Of a DNA stretch of 9,150 nucleotides, positions 1-5,548 are shown piece after piece; the first letter of the stretch is position 1; every line of letters begins with the position of its first letter. The translations under genes and the position numbers were made by a program. The notes under the pieces were generated by a model. It ran no database searches. It had not been told where the DNA came from and was given only the letters and a program-made list of their open reading frames with translations. The DNA is from a virus (lineage: Duplodnaviria; Heunggongvirae; Uroviricota; Caudoviricetes): the IMG/VR virus record IMGVR_UViG_2698536574_000022, one strand, 5' to 3'.

Positions 1-912
1 AATATCGTGAGATTTTGTCCCCATTCCGCCCTGACCATGACCAATCAGGTGATGGGGATCGTCGGCTGGCTTACCACAACACGCACACGGCTGTGTCTTC
101 ACCCAGCGTGTGTATTTCTCGTTAACCCAGCGGCGACGTTTAGGTCGTTTCATGAAAGATTCCGGAGGCTCAGGATCAACGGCAATGCTGACCACCGTCT
201 TTTCCTGTGGTGGGTTCTGTTGCTGGTGGGCGTGAGGCAGCGGCGCAAGATTTTTTGTGCGCTGTTTCAGTATGCTGATGGCGGTCTGCTCTCCCGGTAC
301 GATGTCGCTTTCGCGGTACAAGGGGCGGATTTTTTCCGCACGTAACCCCAGAGAACGACGTAATACTGCCTCCGGAAGCGCGTCCGCCACCTGATTGCAG
401 ACCGCCCACCAGGATAATTCAGCCAGAGATAATTCACGCTCCTGCGTACCGCTTATTGCGTGACCGATGACGTCAATCATCCATGCTGACAGGTTTTGAT
501 GAGCAAGTTGCTCGAGTGATTCGGATGTCTGGTCACGCAGCTGGTTGTCGCAGTGCCAGCACAACACCATTGCGCCGGTACCATAACGGTGAATGACGGT
601 TTCGCTGTGATGATAATCGCCGTGTGGCCACTGGCAGGATTTAATATGGCGCAACAGCCAGTCAGACAATGCACCAGCACCACCAGCAGCACGAATCACC
701 CGTGCGTTACTGAAAAACGGCAGCAATGTTTTGTCTTCCACTAGCGGCTGGTGAACGGCAGGAACAACCCCGGACGGCAGATTACGCATGCTTTTCGGTT
801 CCGGCTCCACCAGTACCCGGGTATTGTGGAATACCGGCATGGATTCACGGCCCGGCTTAACGATCACCAGCCCGAGTTCCGGTACCAGAACAGGTCGAAG
901 TAATACCCGCAC
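1..912 (-). CDS. Prophage protein with two Cys/His-rich HNH-like motifs (YdfU/DUF968-like); C-terminus runs off the window edge
   Basis: Absent from the supplied ORF track. Manual minus-strand translation in the frame with codons ending at 912 shows no stop from 987 down to 1. First in-frame start is GTG at 912-910, one nt after the TAA (914-916) of the upstream gene and preceded by GGAGGT (rc of 916-921). Translation begins VRVLLRPVLVPELGLVIVKPGRESMPVFHNTRVLVEPEPK and contains CQWPHGDYHHSETVIHRYGTGAMVLCWHCDNQ and QPCACCGKPADDPHHLIGHGQGGMGTKSHD. Family assignment is from memory, not a search. Confidence 0.7.
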   Translation of the reverse strand, partial: MRVLLRPVLVPELGLVIVKPGRESMPVFHNTRVLVEPEPKSMRNLPSGVVPAVHQPLVEDKTLLPFFSNARVIRAAGGAGALSDWLLRHIKSCQWPHGDYHHSETVIHRYGTGAMVLCWHCDNQLRDQTSESLEQLAHQNLSAWMIDVIGHAISGTQERELSLAELSWWAVCNQVADALPEAVLRRSLGLRAEKIRPLYRESDIVPGEQTAISILKQRTKNLAPLPHAHQQQNPPQEKTVVSIAVDPEPPESFMKRPKRRRWVNEKYTRWVKTQPCACCGKPADDPHHLIGHGQGGMGTKSHDI

Positions 913-913
913 G

Positions 914-1192
914 TTACCTCCAGATGCGTTGCTGGAATGTGCGGGACGGACGCGGTGGGCGCTCGGAGTAAGGAAGCCTGACGGAGATTATCCAGTGACG
1001 ATAATCGAGGCTGAGGGCTTTCTTAATCTCGTATCCGTGTCTGCGGTCGCACTGAATTAGCCACTCGGCCTGTTCTTCAGTGCATGGGGGATGCTGGAAC
1101 CAGTCAGATTTGAAAGTGCGGTAACGCCGCCCGTGCCTGCTGGCAAAGACGGCAGAATCATCAGAATTGTGTAATTTGGTATCGTGCGCCAT
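914..1192 (-). CDS. Hypothetical small prophage protein (92 aa), between hok and the Cys/His-rich gene
   Basis: Part of track ORF 914..1321; I place the start at internal ATG 1192-1190 (MAHDTKLHNSDDSAVFASRHGRRYRTFKSDW...) because the first 43 codons of the track ORF overlap the terminator hairpin at 1261-1290. Stop TAA at 914-916 abuts the next gene's GTG. No recognisable domain. Confidence 0.45.
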   Translation of the reverse strand: MAHDTKLHNSDDSAVFASRHGRRYRTFKSDWFQHPPCTEEQAEWLIQCDRRHGYEIKKALSLDYRHWIISVRLPYSERPPRPSRTFQQRIWR

Positions 1193-1260
1193 CGGTTGTC
1201 TCTGCTGGCGCAGCAGGTGCCAGTTGTTCAGGCTGGCGTGCGAATTGTAAACCAGAATGC

Positions 1261-1290
1261 TAGGAAAAAACAAAACCCGCCGAAGCGGGT
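1261..1290 (-). terminator. Rho-independent terminator downstream of hok
   Basis: Hairpin ACCCGC-CGAA-GCGGGT at 1275-1290; on the minus strand it is followed by TTTGTTTTTTCC (rc of 1261-1274). Lies about 70 nt past the hok stop. Confidence 0.6.
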
Positions 1291-1358
1291 TAAGTGCGGG
1301 TGCGTTGAGGATGCCTGACACATCAGAGGTGGCGAGGGATTCTCCCCCGCCTGGTCTC

Positions 1359-1514
1359 TTACTCCTCAGGTTCGTAAGCTGTGAAGACAGCGACCTCCGT
1401 CTGGCCGGTTCGGATTCGTACCTCGCAGAGGTCTTTCCTCGTTACCAGTGCCGTCACTATGACGGTTAAACAGATGACGATCAGGGCGATTAACATCGCC
1501 TTTTGCTGCTTCAT
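1359..1514 (-). CDS. hokD: Hok/Gef family type I toxin (small membrane-depolarising peptide)
   Basis: Translation from ATG 1514-1512: MKQQKAMLIALIVICLTVIVTALVTRKDLCEVRIRTGQTEVAVFTAYEPEE (51 aa), with single TM helix and the conserved RKxLCE...E/A..AYE signature of Hok/Gef. It matches my recollection of E. coli HokD/RelF, which is not verified by search. SD AAGGAG 9 nt upstream. The track ORF (1359..1571) adds 19 in-frame N-terminal codons that I consider unlikely to be translated. Confidence 0.85.
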   Translation of the reverse strand: MKQQKAMLIALIVICLTVIVTALVTRKDLCEVRIRTGQTEVAVFTAYEPEE

Positions 1515-1725
1515 AGCCTGCTTCTCCTTGCCTTTCGGCACGTAAGAGGCTAACCTAGATTTGCCGTTCATAGATTGAGCCTCAGATTAATGTTAAGCGT
1601 CTTGCAGGACGCGTAATGTTAACTGGGGCTTTTCTCTATCTGCCTTTGGTGTTCATGCCTGAGACAGATAGCCTCAAGCACCCGCAGCCATTCTACTTAA
1701 CTCCCGTTACCTCGCCAATATGAAA

Positions 1726-1815
1726 TCAGTCAGAAAGGCGATCCATAAGAACAACAGCAAGGCAATAAATTGCCATTACAGCAGCAATAGCCAGCGCACA
1801 TTTGAGAACCAGCAC
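1726..1815 (-). CDS. Candidate small hydrophobic peptide (29 aa), possible type I toxin-like or small membrane protein
   Basis: Not in the ORF track (below size cutoff). Consensus SD AGGAGG (rc of 1821-1826), 5-nt spacer, GTG at 1815-1813, TGA at 1726-1728. Translation (M)LVLKCALAIAAVMAIYCLAVVLMDRLSD: one hydrophobic helix with a charged C-terminal tail. No homolog recalled. Confidence 0.3.
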   Translation of the reverse strand: MLVLKCALAIAAVMAIYCLAVVLMDRLSD

Positions 1816-2138
1816 CACAACCTCCTGTATTGGACGTACACCAGTCCTGATAAATATGAGGCTGTCTCGTCAGTGATTCAATACAACTATTGGGTATAGT
1901 TTCTGTGATTTTGTTCTGTAGAAATGGAACATAATAACCTGTCACCACCAGCACTTCTTTAAATACGCCAAGTCCGACGCAAGCTAACCTTCTAGCCCGC
2001 TTTGAGCGAAGAACGGACTGAGTAATTCAGGCCGTTAGCGACACTATGACATCATTAGCAACCAACTAGGAGTTGGTAATAGATGAGTTAATTAATTGAT
2101 TAAAAACCGACGATTTTACTAGATTACGGGAAGAAGAA

Positions 2139-2156
2139 AGGCCGCTGGTACGGCCT
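2139..2156 (-). terminator. Weak intrinsic terminator after the small coiled-coil gene
   Basis: Hairpin AGGCCG-CTGGTA-CGGCCT at 2139-2156; minus-strand downstream sequence is TTCTTCTTCCC (pyrimidine-rich, imperfect U-tract). Sits 26 nt past the stop of the 2182..2379 ORF. Confidence 0.4.
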
Positions 2157-2181
2157 CCCAGAGACTAGTCTATTGTTATGC

Positions 2182-2379
2182 TTAGAAACGCTTTTCTATC
2201 TCTTTTTCTCTTTCGTTTATTGCATCGTCAATGATTTTTTTTGCTGAATTAATTTGTGGTGTTTTTTCTGGTAATACATCTTCAAGATCTTTGGCAATTT
2301 TCTTTAATTTATCGATTTCTTTAGTTAAATCAGTTACAGATTTATCCGCTATTGACTTTGTCATTTTTCCATATTCCAT
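2182..2379 (-). CDS. Hypothetical small K/E-rich coiled-coil protein (65 aa)
   Basis: Track ORF MEYGKMTKSIADKSVTDLTKEIDKLKKIAKDLEDVLPEKTPQINSAKKIIDDAINEREKEIEKRF. AT-rich codon usage like the rest of the insert, followed by its own hairpin. No strong SD; alternative start at ATG 2364. Confidence 0.45.
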   Translation of the reverse strand: MEYGKMTKSIADKSVTDLTKEIDKLKKIAKDLEDVLPEKTPQINSAKKIIDDAINEREKEIEKRF

Positions 2380-2552
2380 TCAATTTATTTATCAATCAGT
2401 TACCCGTAAACCTTATCATGGATTCCAATTATCGACAGCTGGGATTTTTACTTTCTTGATCTGCCCCAGGCGAATGACATATCCCCATTAACCAATGTCC
2501 GCTCCTAGCACTTAGTAGACATTAATAGATTGTAAGCGTTCCCGTCATGTAG

Positions 2553-2933
2553 CGGTCACCGATTGGTGATGAATTGAAGCGGATCATTGATGAAAGTCGC
2601 AATAACGTGGCCAGCCCATTTATCGTTCACCAGATCCCGGAACGGCAGGTTAAACGCAGCAAAGAAGTTTCTCATCCCACTCAAGTTGCACCAGACTATT
2701 TGAGTCGGTCGTTTTCAGCTACGCGTGACAAGCTGGGTTTATATGACAAACGGCCGATGGATGAAAGGCCAACCTTTCACGAAATTCGCGCCTTAGCAGC
2801 ACATCTTTTTGATCAGCAGGGCATCGATCCACAAGGACGAATGGCACACAGCGATGCGAAATCAACTAAAATCTACACGCAAAACCATATCGACTGGGTT
2901 GTAGTTCCACATGGAGAAATTAAAGCCAGCTAG
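2553..2933 (+). pseudogene. Lambda-type tyrosine integrase, 3' fragment only (C-terminal ~125 codons)
   Basis: Track ORF 2574..2933 starts at TTG; the frame is open back to a TAG at 2550-2552. C-terminus PTFHEIRALAAHLFDQQGIDPQGRMAHSDAKSTKIYTQNHIDWVVVPHGEIKAS aligns with the lambda Int C-terminus as I recall it (PTFHELRSLSARLYEKQ...LLGHKSDTMASQY...DKIEIK), including the catalytic His and Tyr positions. All three frames upstream of 2550 hit stops within about 20 codons, so the N-terminal ~230 codons of a full integrase are absent. Confidence 0.65.
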
Positions 2934-3031
2934 CACCAAGTAAGGCATAGAATTTTATTAACCAAGGAGCATATGACCAGTAATTAATTCTTACCGGAAA
3001 GTTAGCCCTGCTAAAATTAATATTAACAAAT

Positions 3032-3063
3032 AAAAAAATAGGGGCAAATATTTATATTTGCCC
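3032..3063 (-). terminator. Rho-independent terminator of the nucleotidyltransferase-effector operon
   Basis: 9-bp stem GGGCAAATA (3042-3050) / TATTTGCCC (3055-3063), loop TTTA; on the minus strand it is followed by CTATTTTTTTATTTG (rc of 3027-3041). Located 12 nt past the effector stop codon. Confidence 0.65.
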
Positions 3064-3074
3064 TCGCAACATAT

Positions 3075-3656
3075 TTATCTTCTTTTCAGTTCCTTGGGAA
3101 GAAAAGCATCTATTTCTTCTTCAGAAAATGTTAAATCTTCTTTGTTTTTTAATGCGTCCTGTGCTTTTTTATAAGCTTCAAATGTTGTACTAGGAGAGCC
3201 TGAATACACTGAATGTAAACTCTCGAGTAACGAATCCCGCTCTGACTGCAATTGCTCGATTGGTTTTTCACCCATTGCTAAGTCTGTAAGCAATGATAAA
3301 TACTTTTCTCGGATTAACCAGATCTCATTTGCAGCCTGCTTATGTTTTTGCGCCAACTCACCAAGGTCATAATCTTTGGTATAAGCGTTAAGAATGAGAA
3401 GCAGTGTTGAAACAACAATCCCAACCCCCGTGCCTACTTCACCCGCGCCGAAAAAAGTTGCTAGAAAGCCTCCAGTAGTTAAGGCGGAGAGAATTATTTG
3501 CCAAAACTTTATAGAAGATAGTCGAGATAGGAGAATGTCTGAGCATTTTTCATGCGTCTTATGTGAGTAAACGACCCGACCATAACACTCTCTGATCTGC
3601 CCTTCTAAAACCCTTCTAGATTCAGGTGTATCCTTAGTCTGGAAATGTTGATCCAT
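3075..3656 (-). CDS. Two-transmembrane effector, SLATT-like (predicted pore-forming or membrane-disrupting partner of the nucleotidyltransferase)
   Basis: Track ORF 3075..3713; preferred start ATG 3656-3654 with GGGAGA about 4 nt upstream, giving MDQHFQTKDTPESRRVLEGQIRECYGRVVYSHKTHEKCSDILLSRLSSIKFWQIILSALTTGGFLATFFGAGEVGTGVGIVVSTLLLILNAYTKDYD... (193 aa). Layout is an N-terminal helix, two hydrophobic segments (WQIILSALTTGGFLATFF and GVGIVVSTLLLILNAY) and a roughly 95-aa helical charged C-terminal region. Overlaps the upstream gene by 23 nt (80 nt if ATG 3713 is used). Confidence 0.7.
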   Translation of the reverse strand: MDQHFQTKDTPESRRVLEGQIRECYGRVVYSHKTHEKCSDILLSRLSSIKFWQIILSALTTGGFLATFFGAGEVGTGVGIVVSTLLLILNAYTKDYDLGELAQKHKQAANEIWLIREKYLSLLTDLAMGEKPIEQLQSERDSLLESLHSVYSGSPSTTFEAYKKAQDALKNKEDLTFSEEEIDAFLPKELKRR

Positions 3657-4515
3657 AAATCTCCCGCCATTTTTGCTTAGCCGACCATTCGCGTTTTGGG
3701 GTCGCCATTTCATGCTCTATAGCTTCGAGTGAAATGTTATAGCACCGTTTTGCTTTATATTGGAAAAGCCCTTTACCATAGACATACTGACCACTTCCTG
3801 GCGCTTTCCAATACTCCTTACTCGTATCTTGATCAGCCATCCATTTGAAGAAATCACGACTCATGAAATCGTAGTAAAGATACGACTTATCTCTATGCGC
3901 CCAATTTTCAATGAATTGATACGCAAGCGTATCAATGAGTAAACCACTTATAGGTACATCCCATTTACGCTTCCAAGCTCTTGCCATTCTACAAAGTTGC
4001 ACCAAATTGTTATTGGTAATGTTATTTCTTAACCTCATTGCAGAAATTTCTGGCTTTGGATTTGTAATCCTCCAACGGCCACCACCGTTCGCATCAGGAA
4101 ATGTGTAACTATCACTAACATTGAGGAAAGCTGGAACGACTTCAAATGTAATTCCATCATTGAACGGTACAAGGATCACTTGACCGTCACCTCTAATACT
4201 AGTGGTAGCATAGGTTTTTTCAATAGATCTCTTAACCGCTTGAAGCAATGCTGACTGCCCATTTCCTAAGTAGCTATTGTATTTTTGATACTCGGAATAT
4301 GGTAGCTGAAAAATCATATCCAGATCGCTCAAGCCTTGCGTAGCTGTGTTCCGACCATATGATCCAACGTAGAGACTATGAGAAGTATCAGAACTGCTAT
4401 CCCAAAAATCCGTATTTAAACGCTTCGTTATATTCCTATATCTAGTTGAAATTGTTCCACCATCTTTTACAGTAAGATTGGAGCAAAATCCGCAAAACCA
4501 CTCAGCTAAACCCAT
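3634..4515 (-). CDS. CD-NTase / SMODS-family nucleotidyltransferase (cGAS/DncV-like; predicted cyclic nucleotide second-messenger synthase)
   Basis: Track ORF 3634..4521 starts at TTG; preferred start ATG 4515-4513 with AAGGA about 8 nt upstream. Translation MGLAEWFCGFCSNLTVKDGGTISTRYRNITKRL...YVGSYGRNTATQGLSDLDMIF...GQVILVPFNDGITFEVVPAF...RWRITNP... shows the Pol-beta-type GS-x11-DxD motif plus a downstream acidic residue in an h-h-F-D-G-hh-EVVP context. About 293 aa, typical of minimal CD-NTases. Assignment is by motif recognition, not a search. Confidence 0.8.
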   Translation of the reverse strand: MGLAEWFCGFCSNLTVKDGGTISTRYRNITKRLNTDFWDSSSDTSHSLYVGSYGRNTATQGLSDLDMIFQLPYSEYQKYNSYLGNGQSALLQAVKRSIEKTYATTSIRGDGQVILVPFNDGITFEVVPAFLNVSDSYTFPDANGGGRWRITNPKPEISAMRLRNNITNNNLVQLCRMARAWKRKWDVPISGLLIDTLAYQFIENWAHRDKSYLYYDFMSRDFFKWMADQDTSKEYWKAPGSGQYVYGKGLFQYKAKRCYNISLEAIEHEMATPKREWSAKQKWREIYGSTFPD

Positions 4516-4661
4516 GCTCAATTCCTTTTCTAAAATCTAATGAAAAATTCAAGGGCGCATGTTCCATGCATCATTGATAACTTTTTTCAGTCAGCTAGAG
4601 CAACATAATTGATACTAACTAGCTGTTTCTTCAAGTGAGTAACCTACTTTAGCATCAAGGT

Positions 4662-4690
4662 ATTATACCTACCAAGCATGGGGAGAAACC
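4662..4690 (-). promoter_or_regulatory. Candidate promoter for the NTase-effector operon
   Basis: Perfect -10 TATAAT on the minus strand (rc of 4662-4667), about 150 nt upstream of the NTase ATG; the -35 is poor (GGTTTC/TGGTTT at 17-18 nt spacing). Position and hexamer only. Confidence 0.3.
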
Positions 4691-4829
4691 ACCACTTAAG
4701 CCATTGAAGTATATAGAGCAGATTTTGTTGAAAAAGCACTGTTTGTCTATACATATGAATATGTGCTTTTAACCAGCAATAGCGCGGCTCTCAGCGTTTT
4801 ACAAGCAGTGTCATGGGGTGTCGGGGATC

Positions 4830-4857
4830 GGAAGTTCAAATCCTCTCGTGCGACCCA
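4830..4857 (+). other. tRNA 3'-end-like fragment (T-arm, acceptor 3' strand, CCA); possible integration-site (att) remnant
   Basis: GGAAG-TTCAAAT-CCTCT (4830-4846; T-loop consensus, stem with one A-C mismatch), then 7-nt CGTGCGA, discriminator C and CCA (4855-4857). No complementary 5' acceptor strand within 80 nt upstream, so this is not a complete tRNA. Confidence 0.35.
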
Positions 4858-4870
4858 AAAGATTATATAA

Positions 4871-4896
4871 ACCAGCCTGTTATTGCTGGTTTTTTA
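4871..4896 (+). terminator. Intrinsic terminator-like hairpin following the tRNA-like fragment
   Basis: ACCAGC-CTGTTATT-GCTGGT (4871-4890) followed by TTTTTTA on the + strand. An inverted copy of the stem sequence (AACCAGCAATA, 4771-4781) lies about 100 bp upstream. Confidence 0.45.
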
Positions 4897-5049
4897 TGCC
4901 TACCTTCCTGGTAGGGAAGCTATGGGGAATTACTGGGGAATCCCCCCCCTTTACCTGCTCCCATTAAACTAACATAGCACGATGTAAGCAACTTCCGCTT
5001 CTGGCACAAAGCGGACAACCACGCTAGCTCTACCCTGTGCCACAAAATG

Positions 5050-5508
5050 TCAATTTACATCTGAACTAATGCACTTTAATCTCGTCACTTCAAAAAAATA
5101 CCGAACATCCCCCTGATAAAACGACAATATCCGCTGCATAACTTCGCTTTTACGACACTCAGTACAAATTATATTATGACGCCTGTCGTAACGACGTATT
5201 TCTCCATCAGGTAATGACCAGATAAGGTCCGGATCAACCGCAGATGGTTTCTTCAGCTTTGCCCTTGAGAGCTTTTTACGGGCATTTTGCCAGTCCTTAC
5301 GCGCCTGTTCAGACGGGAATAACCCGTAACCAGAGTTGTATACATCGCCACTGGCAACCAGCTCTCTGGCCAGAACGCTCATCAGATATCTTGTTGCCCC
5401 AGTTTTAGCTTCCTGTTGTCGTAACGTCTCGCGCCCACTCTGGCGTACGAGTTCAAGAACCTGCCCTTTAATTTTTTCCCGCTCTTCTTGTGTAAAAACT
5501 TTTGCCAC
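5050..5508 (-). CDS. Hypothetical prophage protein (152 aa), distal gene of the replication-side operon
   Basis: Track ORF with GTG start at 5508-5506 preceded by consensus AGGAGG (rc of 5513-5518). Translation (M)AKVFTQEEREKIKGQVLELVRQSGRETLRQQ... No Walker motif (not a DnaC/P-type helicase loader) and no domain I can assign. Confidence 0.6.
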   Translation of the reverse strand: MAKVFTQEEREKIKGQVLELVRQSGRETLRQQEAKTGATRYLMSVLARELVASGDVYNSGYGLFPSEQARKDWQNARKKLSRAKLKKPSAVDPDLIWSLPDGEIRRYDRRHNIICTECRKSEVMQRILSFYQGDVRYFFEVTRLKCISSDVN

Positions 5509-5548
5509 AAGCCCTCCTGAAAATTACCTCATGACCAGAAATACACAC

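Noticed and set aside
222-229. Chi site (GCTGGTGG), with a reverse-orientation copy at 680-687
   Set aside because: Single Chi octamers occur at about this density in E. coli-like DNA; no clustering to suggest special significance.
7-345. Track ORF (+, 112 aa) at the left edge
   Set aside because: Antisense to the long minus-strand Cys/His-rich gene (1..912); Arg/Leu/Phe-rich low-complexity translation typical of a shadow ORF.
176-744. Track ORFs 176..409 (-), 477..692 (-) and 553..744 (+)
   Set aside because: Out-of-frame or antisense overlaps of the 1..912 gene; translations are Gly/Arg/Ser- or Cys/Thr-rich with no protein-like pattern.
788-1060. Track ORF (+, 90 aa)
   Set aside because: Antisense across the junction of two coupled minus-strand genes; no SD, low-complexity translation.
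1257-1469. Track ORF (+, 70 aa) opposite hok
   Set aside because: Overlaps the hok terminator and coding region on the other strand. Any antisense function here would be an RNA rather than this protein, and I cannot delimit such an RNA.
1730-1954. Track ORF (-, 74 aa) rich in Cys/Gly
   Set aside because: Low-complexity translation (CCCNGNLLPCCC); the 29-codon ORF in a different frame of the same region has the consensus SD instead.
2231-2491. Track ORF (+, 86 aa)
   Set aside because: Antisense to the small coiled-coil gene; Phe/Ser/Ile-rich translation of AT-rich antisense sequence.
3657-3713. Longer effector start at ATG 3713 (19 extra N-terminal codons)
   Set aside because: No SD upstream of 3713, whereas ATG 3656 has GGGAGA; kept only as an alternative start.
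3760-3942. Track ORF (+, 60 aa) inside the NTase gene
   Set aside because: Antisense shadow within a well-supported coding region.
4781-4857. Complete tRNA gene
   Set aside because: Only the T-arm, acceptor 3' strand and CCA are recognisable; no complementary 5' acceptor strand or D/anticodon arms could be found, so it is reported as a fragment.
4942-4949. C8 homopolymer tract as a phase-variation switch
   Set aside because: It is intergenic and not positioned within a promoter spacer or reading frame that I can identify.
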